Source: Callorhinchus milii
Lineage: Eukaryota
Reading direction: 5' to 3'
Assembly (NCBI RefSeq): GCF_018977255.1
Contig: NW_024704742.1
Location: forward strand, 16,308,001-16,372,000
DNA length: 64,000 nt
Below the pieces are notes generated by a model. That model made no database searches, had not been told where the DNA came from, and saw only the letters and a list, made by a program, of their open reading frames with translations. The position numbers were made by a program, and so were the translations under genes. Below are positions 36,001 to 44,894 of the stretch, piece after piece; the first letter of the stretch is position 1, and the number at the start of each line of letters is the position of its first letter.

Positions 36001-37950
36001 TTTAAATTTATAACACAGAGTAAGAAATAATGAGGGAAGGGAGCTCAGGTTAGGGGAGGATTCAGGGATGTTAGAGGCATAAGCTTATCTCCAGATGGTG
36101 TTTGTGTCAGACAATGTCATATTCATTTCAAAGTTACAGAAGTTACTGCTCCTCTGCTTCCATAGAATGTCCAGCCAGATAAGGATGTAGCTGGCATTGC
36201 CAAGTCTGAGTTTTCCCAGGACTTGTTTTTTTAATGTTTCAGCTAATGTTTGATTTAAAAAGGCATACAATTATTTCTAGGTATAAAAAAAATTCTACAA
36301 TTTCACTACAATTTCATTACAATTTCACTACAATTTCATTACAATTTCACTACAATTTGACATTGTCAGCACAAAGGACGACATTAAAAAAATGCATCAA
36401 GACATAGATAGGTTAGGTGATTGGGCAGGTAGGTGGCAGATGAAGTATAATGTAGGGAAGTGCGAAGTCATCCACCTAGGTAGCAAAAACAGTAGAGCGG
36501 GTTTTTTTTAGAAGGGGAGAGACTGGAATGTTTTAGCGTCCGGAGGGACTTGGGTGTCCTTGTACACCAATCACAGAAAGTTAGTCTGCAAGTGCAGCAG
36601 CAATCAGGAAGGCGAATGGTATGTTAGCATTCATTATGAAAGGATTAGAGTATAAGAGTAGGGAAGTCTTGCTGCAACTGTATAGGGCCCTGGTGAGACC
36701 ACACCTGGAATACTGTTTGCAGTTTTGGTCTCCTTATTTAAGGAAGGATGTACTTGCCTTGGAGGGGGTGCAGCGTAGATTTACTAGGTTAGTACCAGGG
36801 ATGAAGGGGTTGAGTTACGAGGATAGGCTGACCAATTTGGGCCGATATTCTCTAGAATATAGAAGAATTAGAGGGGATCTTATAGAAACCTATAAGATCA
36901 TCAAAGGTCATGATAGAGTAGATAGTGGGAGATTGTTTCCCCTGGTTGGAGAAACTAAAACCAGTGGTCACAATCTTAAGATTACAGGCCAGCTCTTTCG
37001 CACTGAGTTGAGGAAGAACTTCTTCACTCAAAGGGTGGTGAATGTATGGAACTCACGCTCAGTCCTTGAACATATTCAAGACTGAGATAGATAGATTTTT
37101 TATTGCAAAAGGGATTAAAGGATATGGGGATAAGGCAGGGTTATGGTATTAGCTGGAGTTAGATTAGAAGATCAGCCATGATTGAATGGCGGGGCAGGCT
37201 CGAAGGGCCGAATGGCCTACTCCTGCTCCTACATGTTATGTTATGTTAGTACAGGCAAGGCGGGGGACATGGAGCAGACCAGTGCCCGCCGAGCGGAAGG
37301 AGCAGACAAATTGGTATGGTATGCCATGCAGGCTGTTGTTTGGTCTGTTGTGCTGGTGCAGTGACGGGGCTGACCGCCATCGCTTTGCATTTAAACAGTA
37401 CCTTCTCCTCCTGGTAGGTGACGTCCACGAGGTTGACGGAGTGGAAGACCCCAGTGTGCTCCTCAGACACGCATTGGCCGCAAGCAGCCAGTTTGCAGAC
37501 CTTGCAGAAGAGCTGCATGTCTCTGTGGGAGTGCTTGGAGCACAGTGCCCGCAGCCCAGCGCCCCCCTGCCCTCCCGCAGGGGAGCCGCTCCGCAGCCCA
37601 TCCTCCTCCTCCTCTACCTCCCCCTCCTCCAGCAGACACACCCCATGGGCAGAGCCACAGCCACCATCCCTCTGACCCCTGAAGATCTTGACCACTTCCA
37701 GCAGGGTGGTGTTGACGGACAGGTTGGCCGCTCCCTCGGGGATGAAGTTGTTTTTCCTGCACAGAGGACACTCCAGTTGGCTGTTGCTCCAGATGTTGCC
37801 GTCCCCGGCGCTGCTCCAGTCCTGGCCGCTCAGGGACCGGGTCACACACTCCAGGATGCATTTCTTGCAGAAGTTGTGGGAGCAGACGGGCAGCGTGACG
37901 GGACTCTCAAACACTGACAGGCACACAGCGCACGTCAGGCTGGCCTCCAT
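18068..37950 (-). CDS. TRIM (RING-Bbox-coiled-coil) / nucleoporin chimeric protein: RBCC + GLEBS + FxFG region + RanBD + IR1-like motif
   Basis: Phase-compatible GT-AG exons: 37950-37402, 32208-32122, 30564-30331, 28099-28077, 26871-26723, 23946-23843, 23111-23019, 22244-~22071 (or read-through to a frameshift near 21960), 21948-19323, 18860-18714, 18078-18068 (TGA). About 1,400 aa. Confidence 0.8.
18714..18860 (-). CDS. RanBP2 IR1-like exon ([28 protein letters not shown]...SSEEE)
   Basis: 147 nt, phase 1-1; resembles RanBP2 [29 protein letters not shown]...SEEEE. Confidence 0.82.
19323..21948 (-). CDS. giant exon: Ser/Thr-rich FxFG region and Ran-binding domain (about 19444-19785)
   Basis: 2.6-kb open frame; [24 protein letters not shown]...QWKERAVG...CANHWIT...W...DFSE...LAVRF...FKNVFE; donor CAAG|gtaaac. 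Confidence 0.9.
21954..22244 (-). CDS. exon starting ELRYNHY (end of GLEBS); frame closes at TAA 21954-21956 unless spliced or frameshifted
   Basis: tcacag|GAACTGCGCTAC; candidate phase-0 donors at 22070 (AGA|gtgggt) and 22049 (AAG|gtctgt). Confidence 0.75.
   Translation of the reverse strand, partial: ELRYNHYHSCRKDWNCFVSEKLVDTENLAASAVSSSDNSKDFFKKYDSAKQSGTRQFRVGRCVKKVCDQAAGNSDLHLSLDSEFPMRDSKTSTPLA
23019..23111 (-). CDS. GLEBS-motif exon ([31 protein letters not shown])
   Basis: ctctttcag acceptor, GAG|gtaagt donor, 93 nt; [12 protein letters not shown] resembles Nup98 [16 protein letters not shown]. Confidence 0.85.
23843..23946 (-). CDS. exon ending ...KDGTHVEFQ (start of GLEBS region)
   Basis: tttcttccag acceptor, CAA|gtaagc donor, phase 1-0, open frame. 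Confidence 0.75.
25640..26052 (+). mobile_element. old Deu-domain SINE (SacSINE1/AmnSINE1-like)
   Basis: tRNA-like head, then gatccc.tgg.actattc..aagag...gagtt.ctccc..tgtcctgg core; decayed copies at about 11830-12110, 12920-13300, 42530-42760(-), 51680-51897(-), 54990-55410, 58500-59180(-), 62870-63120, 63740-64000. Confidence 0.75.
26245..26575 (+). mobile_element. tRNA-derived SINE, short young subfamily
   Basis: A/B boxes, tRNA-Ala(TGC)-like arm, near-identical to copies at 32485, 40124, 50633, 59615. Confidence 0.92.
26723..26871 (-). CDS. TRIM exon 5, linker ([10 protein letters not shown]...[16 protein letters not shown])
   Basis: phase 2-1; pyrimidine tract plus aag acceptor; CAG|gtatgc donor. 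Confidence 0.75.
28077..28099 (-). CDS. TRIM exon 4, 23-nt mini-exon (VACNLNER)
   Basis: cacag|GTGGCTTGTAACTTAAACGAAAG|gtaatt; a 23-nt phase 0-2 exon after the coiled coil is characteristic of many TRIM genes. Confidence 0.8.
28565..28980 (+). mobile_element. CR1 3' fragment
   Basis: [28 protein letters not shown]. Confidence 0.85.
30331..30564 (-). CDS. TRIM exon 3, coiled coil
   Basis: 234 nt, phase 0-0, E/K/R/L-rich, ends NPINFLM|gtaagg; size typical of TRIM coiled-coil exons. Confidence 0.88.
31400..31980 (+). mobile_element. decayed L2 3' fragment
   Basis: [17 protein letters not shown] remnant. Confidence 0.7.
32122..32208 (-). CDS. TRIM exon 2, coiled coil ([20 protein letters not shown]...)
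   Basis: tttttcag acceptor, GAG|gtagg donor, 87 nt, phase 0-0. Confidence 0.85.
32485..32818 (+). mobile_element. tRNA-derived SINE, short young subfamily
   Basis: same head, body and tail as the 26245 copy. Confidence 0.92.
34488..37248 (+). mobile_element. CR1 LINE, 5'-truncated, decayed RT, interrupted by a solo LTR
   Basis: [61 protein letters not shown]; several frameshifts; (ATGTT)n tail. Confidence 0.95.
35523..36362 (-). mobile_element. solo LTR nested in the CR1
   Basis: TG...CA ends with imperfect inverted termini; TSD GTGT/TTGT; removal restores CR1 frame [22 protein letters not shown]. Confidence 0.75.
37402..37950 (-). CDS. TRIM exon 1: C3HC4 RING + B-box2
   Basis: [10 protein letters not shown]...CSHNFCKKC...CPLC (RING); CSKH...[13 protein letters not shown]...H...H (B-box2); good Kozak context GTGATGG; donor AAG|gtactg. 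Confidence 0.93.
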
Positions 37951-37959
37951 CACACCACA

Positions 37960-38500
37960 CCACACTCTCTCTCTCTCTCTCTCTCACACACTCACTCTCT
38001 CTGTCTCACACCCACCCATTCAACCTCTCTCTCTCTCTCTCTCTCACACACACTTTCTCTGTCTCTCTCTCTCTCTCACACTCACTCTTTCTGTCTCTCT
38101 CTCTCACACTCACTCTCTCTGCCTCACACCTACTCACTCTCTCTCTCACACACTCACTCTCTCTCTGTCTCACACTCTCTCTGCCTCACATCCACACTCA
38201 CTCTCTGTCTGTCTGTCTGTCTGACACCTACACTCACTCTCTCTCTCTCACACACTCACTCTCTGTCTCACACCCACCCATTCACCCTCTCTCTCTCTCT
38301 CACACACTCACTTTCTCTGTCTCTCTTTCACACTCACTCTCTCTGTCTCACACCCACACTCTCTCTCTGTCTCACACTCTTTCTCTCTCACACACTCACT
38401 CTCTGTCTGCCTCTTTATCTCTTTCACACTCACTCTGTCTCTCTCTCTCACACTCTCTCTCTCAGTCTCTCTCTCACTCACTCTCTCTCTCTCTCTCTGT
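37960..38500. repeat. compound (CT)n/(CA)n microsatellite directly upstream of the TRIM ATG
   Basis: visible dinucleotide tracts. Confidence 0.95.
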
Positions 38501-38570
38501 CAGAGGGGAAGCGGAAGCAGGAAATGACCTCCAACAAAATGTGAATCTCTCAGGGTCACTGGTGCCGCGC
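38500..38570 (-). promoter_or_regulatory. candidate core promoter island of the TRIM gene
   Basis: short unique segment between the two repeat arrays with clustered ETS-type GGAA cores (GGGGAAGCGGAAGCAGGAAATGAC). Confidence 0.3.
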
Positions 38571-39407
38571 CCCCCCCCCTCCCCCCCCTCCCCCCAGTCA
38601 CTATACACCCCCTCCCCCCCTCCCCCCAGTCACTATACACCCCCTCCCCCCCCTCCCCCCTCCCCCCAGTCACTAAACACCCCCTCCCCTCCCTCCCCTC
38701 CCAGTCACTAAACACCCCCTCCCCCCTCCCCCCCCTCCCAGTCACTAAACCCCCCCTCCCCCCCAGTCACTAAACACCCCTCCCCCCCCTCCCCTCCCAG
38801 TCACTAAACACCCCTCCCCCCCCCCAGTCACTAAACACCCCTCCCCCCCCCCAGTCACTAAACACCCCCTCCCCCCCCCCCCCCCCCAGTCACTAAACAC
38901 CCCCTCCCCCCCCTCCCCCCCAGTCACTAAACACCCCCTCCCCCCCTCCCCCCTCCCCTCCCCCAGTCACTAAACACCCCCCTCCCCCCCCCCAGTCACT
39001 AAACACCCCCCTCCCCCCCCCAGTCACTAAACACCCCCTCCCCCCCCCCCAGTCACTAAACACCCCCCCCTCCCCCCCCCCTCCCCCCCAGTCACTAAAC
39101 ACCCCCTCCCCTCCCCCCCAGTCACTAAACACCCCCTCCCCTCCCCCCCCTCCCAGTCACTAAACCCCCCCTCCCCCAGTCACTAAACACCCCTCCCCCC
39201 CCCCCCCCCCCCCCCCCCCCCAGTCACTAAACACCCCCTCCCCCTCCCCCCAGTCACTAAACACCCCCCGTCAAAAACCCCCCTCCCCCCAGTCACTAAA
39301 CTATCCAACCCCCCCCCCCCTCACCACCTCGCCCCACACCAGGGGGGTCGGGTATGAGTGCCTGGGGGGGGGAATTCCCCCCCCCAGGCACTCATACCCG
39401 ACCCCCC

Positions 39408-39437
39408 NNNNNNNNNNNNNNNNNNNNNNNNNNNNNN
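39408..39437. other. assembly gap
   Basis: run of N. Confidence 0.99.
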
Positions 39438-39741
39438 TTTTTCACTCAATACCCCCCCCAGTCACTCAATCCCCCCGCGTCACTCAATCCCACCCCAAGT
39501 CACTCAATCCCTCCCCGTCACTAAATTCCCCTCCCCAGTCACTCAATAATCCCCACCTCCGTCACAAAATAACCCCCCTGTCACTCAATCCCCCCACCCC
39601 CGTTGCTCAATCCCCCACCCCCGCCACTAAATACCCTCCATCACTCAATCCCCCCACACCGTCACTAAATACCCCTCCCCCAGTCACTCAATACTCCCCC
39701 CATCACTAAATACCACCCCCCGCCCCCCCACCCCATCACTA

Positions 39742-39920
39742 TGGACTCCTGTAGCTCATTGGTTAGAGCACTCGCTTTGCAAGGGAGAGACCTGAGTTCA
39801 ATTCCAGGCAGAGGGCGAAACCTTGGGCAAGTTTCCTTACTCCACACACCTAATAATAATCCCTCCATAACAAAAAAACAATAATAAATTGGTCATTTTC
39901 AATGCACGACTGTTTGTGGA
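39742..39920 (+). mobile_element. tRNA-derived SINE, 3'-truncated
   Basis: head and body match the family, tail missing. Confidence 0.85.
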
Positions 39921-40123
39921 ACAAAGTATGATGTGACTGTATTATGTGGAAATAGCTTAGGCTGCAATAACAATTGGAAATCTATCGTAACAATAAATTA
40001 AATATTGTTTTTTTCAACATAAATGCTGAACGATAATGTAAATAAATAATGGTATAATTAACATTTGAGTATGCAAGAATTCTGTGAACGTTAGTAATTG
40101 CAGTTGCAACGTTTTAATAAAAT

Positions 40124-40553
40124 GTGGAGTCCTGTAGCTCAGTGGTTAGAGCACTCGCTTTGCAAGCGAGAGACCTGAGTTCAATTCCAGGCAGAGGGCG
40201 AAACCTTGGGCAAGTTTCCTTACTCCACACAGAGCCTAATAATAATCCCTCCAAAACCCAAAACAATAATAAATTGGTCATTTTCAATCTACGACTGTTT
40301 GTGGGACATTGCTGTGCGCAATTGGCTGCCGCGTTCGCCCACAAATATACAGTCAATTCACTTTACAGTGTGTTCTGTGAAGCGCTTTGGGACGTCCTCC
40401 CGACATGAAAAGCGCTATATCAAATGCAAGGATTATTATTATTATTATTGCTGTGCGCAATTGGCTGCCGCGTTCGCCTACAAATATACAGTCAATTCAC
40501 TTTACTTTATTCTGTGAAGTGCTTTGGGACGTCGAGAAGACGTATTATTATTG
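40124..40553 (+). mobile_element. tRNA-derived SINE plus partial tandem duplicate of its tail
   Basis: full copy to about 40448, then a repeat starting at ttgctgtgcgcaattggctgcc. Confidence 0.9.
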
Positions 40554-42151
40554 TTAAATACCAGCCCCCACCAATCACTCAATACAACCCCCACCCCACT
40601 CAATACACCCCCCACCCCCCCAGTCACTCAATCCGCCCCCCCAGTCACTCAATCCCCCCCGTCACTCAATAACGCCCCCATCACTAAATACCCCCCGTCA
40701 ATAAATAACCCCCCCACCAGTCACTCAATACCACCCCCCAGTCACTAAATACCCCTCCCGTCACTCAATACCCCCCCCAGTCACTCAATAACCCCCCAGT
40801 CACTCAATACCCCCCTCCAGTCACTAAATCCCGCCCCCCAAACCTTGGCTCTTGCCAACATTTGCCTGATACTCTCCAGGTTGCGTACCTCCAGGGAGAG
40901 TGCACATTCATACCACACACGGGGAAATTTCCATGTGCAAGTGGTATAGATATCTGGAACTCTCAGTCTAGTTAGATACTCTTAAGCATGGTACTGGGTT
41001 TCTGCAACTTAAATGATATATTTAATAACTGCATTATACTGTATTTAAAAGTGCATATGACAAATTTGATATACTTACCTGTCAGGACAGTATGTTAACA
41101 AATTGATTACGTAGAGTGCGTGGAACAGAGTTAATTTATTAGATTTCAATGTTGTGCAAAGCTTCCAGAATTCCTTCAGCAAAGCCTAAATAATATTTTT
41201 ATCCTTATGGAATACATGTTTTTCTGAGGGTTGTAACAGTTGCACTGGAGACAGATAATTTGTCAATGGGCACAATTTCACAACATTGGGCAGCTGTTTT
41301 ACACACACCAAAAAATTAGCAATTGCAATTATTTATTGCTCAGTTTCAAAAAACGGAGATATCAGGAACAAAATCAATCATACTCCATAGCAGCATCTGT
41401 TCTAACAGACGTATCTTGTATGATTAAACAAACCCATGGTGCCGAAATATGAAAGATGCCTTTTAAAATTGATGAGATAAATATAAATTTATAAACGATT
41501 CACTGGTCAGGCTCCATCACTGTTATGCTCTCCGAGATGCTACCCTGCAAGGAGGGAGCTATATAAATGCAAGTTGTTGTTGTTGTACATTATTCTGGCA
41601 TCTATTCGCTAGGTATTTTATTTCCTTTGTGTTTTTTGCTTTCTTTTCTACTCTTAATTTGGACAATTTTTAAGTCAAAATATTAAGAGAGAAGTTAATA
41701 TTCTTCCACACCCTCTTTCTCTAAAAAGACATAAGGGGTGGAATATTCATCACCAGTGATCATTGCTGAATTGCAGAAAATTCCCTCCTGTCATTTTCTG
41801 TCGTTAGGTGCGCAATGTTTGTGAATGAAGTTGCCTGTGACAGCCATTTGAACTTGCCAGCTCCCAAAGTGCCAATTTGCGGAATGTCAGTTTAATTCAG
41901 CACAAAAGGTTTTTATTTTGGTTGATGCGACCAAATCATTTGAAGAAATAACATCTAGGTAACTAGGTATTAGCCAAGCCACAGAATAAAGGGTCTGAGA
42001 GATCCTATACAGAATAACAAACTTACTGTTCTCTTACCAGAATAAATAATTATTCTTACATTTGGTATAATGCCTTTCAAGTCAGGAAGATGCCTCAAAA
42101 TGGATTTAAGGTAAAGTGAAATGTCTGTGTGCTTTGTGGGCAATCTGTTTT

Positions 42152-42507
42152 GTGGAGTCCTGTCGTTTAGTAGTTAGAGCACTTGCCTCGCAAGTCAGAG
42201 GACAAGTGTTCGATTCCCAAGCAGGGCGAAATGTTGGGAAAGTTTCCTTTCTTCACACGCCTTTGTTTACCAAGCAACCAATTGGAACCTGGTTGTTAGT
42301 CGATTGGCGGATCACTTGTCCCTTCAAAAAAAATTTGGTCACTTCAATCCACAACTGTGTGTAGGACTCTGCTGTGCGCAATTCACTGCCGCATTTAGCC
42401 CACAAAATATACAGTCAATTCACTTCACAGTATATTCTGTGAAGCGCTTTGAGACGTCTAGAAGATGTAATAAGGCGCTATATCAAATGCACGGATTATC
42501 ATTATTA
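42152..42507 (+). mobile_element. tRNA-derived SINE, long subfamily
   Basis: diverged head, core segment, L2-like tail. Confidence 0.85.
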
Positions 42508-43114
42508 GTAGTAGTTGTAGTAGTATTAATCACAGCTGCCAATTTTGTGCAAAGCATTGTCCCCCAAATAGCTATGAAGTGAATGACCAATGTTATTGGG
42601 GGATTGATCGCAGGTCAACAATAGAAACACTTCACTTTAAAAATAGCGGCAAGTGAATCTTAACTTCCATCCTAACAACGAGACAGGACAATGGTTTAAC
42701 TTTGATCGGAAAAACGACACCTCCAGCCACCCTCAGCACTACATTGGAGTATTAGCTTCCCTCGACTATTTAGAACCATAGAAATTTACAGTACAGAAGA
42801 CGGTTATTTGGCCCATAATGTCAATACTGCCACTTTTAAAAAGCAATCCTTTCAATCCCATTTACTTGCCCCTTTGCCATACCCCTATCATTGACACGAT
42901 TTAAAGGTTTCTGGAGATTTCAGACTTTAATTGCTATTTCAAATAAAAGTGATTGATTTCACATGAACAAATTTTTCAGTCAAACTGTACATTCACAAAA
43001 TTCACTGGGCAGCACAGCTCATTGGAGCTTCAATTTATTGCACTAAACTCACGTCTGTAATTCCCTACAGCGAGATTCTAGTTTGAATGTTCATCCTATA
43101 GACTGCTCAGGTAT

Positions 43115-44420
43115 TCTAGAACTACAGAAATTTACGGCACAGAAGAAGGTCATTCGGCTCATTCTGGCTTTGCTGGTTCCCTCAAGAGTAATCCTTTCAG
43201 TCCCATTTACCTGCCCAATCTCAATACCCCTGTGGCTGACTCTTTTTAAGGTATTTATCTAGTTTCCTCTTGAAGGCCAACATGAGTTCCTTCTTCCAGT
43301 GGTGGCCAACCCATAGCCCTCAGGCCAGAAGTGACCTGTGGAGCTGTCAAGGAGCTCCCCCCCTACCCCTCCACCCCACGAACATTCGCATTAGACTAGG
43401 TAAGTCCATGTTCACTCAATAGTGTGTTTCCAGTTTTTTACTTGATTGAATATTTCTTTATTTATGGCATAGATCAAGAAATATTCAATCAAGACAATTT
43501 ATTTTGTTGGCCAACCAAAACGTTGGGACACCACTGCCGTCTCCTAATTGTTCTGTGTGTGGAAAAAAAATTCTCCTAAACTTCTCATTTGCTTGTTTAA
43601 TAATTGTCTCAAACTGATCCCCTCTATTTACTGACTCAATGACCAGCAGAAATAATTTCTCACTATTTAGTCTATCAAAACCCCTCATAATTTTAAAAAA
43701 TTCCCTCAGTGTAGTGGTTAGAGTGCTTGTCTGGGTTCAATTCCCAGGCGGGGAAACACCTTAGGCAAGTGTGCTTACTACACACGCCTCTGTTTACATA
43801 GCAATAAATAGGAATCTGGTTGTTAGTCGATTAGCAGATTGCTTTACAGCGCCTTGGGACATCCTCCCGGCGTGAAAGGCGCTCTATAAATGGAATCTTG
43901 TTGTTGTTGTTGTAATAATCCCTCAAAAAAAAATTGGTCATTCAATCCATGACTGTTTGTGGGACACTGCTATAGTCAATTGGCTGATGCTTTTCGCCAC
44001 ATAATACATCGTCAATTCATGTTACAGTGTATTCTGTGAAGCTCTTTGAGATGTCTCAACGACGTGATAAAGCGCTATAACAAATGCAAGGATGATTATT
44101 ATTATTATCATCTTTATCAGGGTACCCATCAATTTTTTTTTCCAGTGGAAATAATCCCAATTCCTCAAGTTTCGGCTCATAGACCAAACTACTCAACCCC
44201 AGTATCATCCTAATAAATCTTCTCTGCTCGCCTTCTATCGCCTTGACATATTTCCAAAAATGGAATGACCAATACTGGGCACAGTAGTGTAACACCACTC
44301 CAGCTAATGATTTATATAAGATTAGCATTATTTCTTTGCTTTTACATTCTATATTTCTATTTATAAAACCTAAAGCTCCATTAGCATTTTAGCAGCTTTG
44401 TCCATCTGTCCACCCACCTT
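43115..44420 (-). mobile_element. decayed CR1 fragments interrupted by SINE pieces (about 43700-44110)
   Basis: LYKSLA...HYCAQYWS...IEGEQRRFIRMI; MRGFDRL. Confidence 0.7.
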
Positions 44421-44894
44421 TAAAAATGTATTGAAGTATTGAACTATACTTTTGATGTATCCTATTGAAAAATTGAAATATTCTATTGAAGTATTCAAAA
44501 TCTTTAAGAGTACAGTTGAATAATGTTTCAAATTGAAGCAGCCTCTATAATAAAGGGAATACTGAGTGAAGCAATAATTTTAATAGAGCGATGAATATGT
44601 GGAATAGTCTGCTCAGGGAGCAGGTAGAGGCAGCAAAATCAAGAGGAAATTAGATAGCTACTTGGTGACGAAATCAATTGAGGGATGTAAAAGCTAAAGC
44701 AGTGTATTTTTTTCTTAATTTGGGACAAACCTAATAGACCACAATGGTCTTTTCCCATTCTACCACCTAGCAGTCATAACCTAAATGGAAGTTGGTGGCC
44801 AGGATCCTCTCTGGTTTGGAAAATGGGTGGCACAGGAATAGAAAAATAAAAAAGTAGCAACAAATTCAGAATGCACTTATTGTAATGCTTGCAG

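Larger units (their letters stand above)
38570..40835. repeat. C-rich minisatellite (CAGTCACTAAACACCCC + C runs), interrupted by an N gap, SINEs and a unique stretch
   Basis: homogeneous at 38595-39300, degenerate at 39440-39740 and 40560-40835. Confidence 0.92.

Noticed and set aside
37186..38224. Plus-strand ORFs of 243 and 178 aa
   Set aside because: Antisense shadows of the GC-rich TRIM exon 1 and of the CT microsatellite.
38595..39300. Regularly spaced CAGTCACTAAACAC units resembling a CRISPR array
   Set aside because: Spacers are just C-runs, the context is eukaryotic and there are no cas genes; it is a minisatellite.
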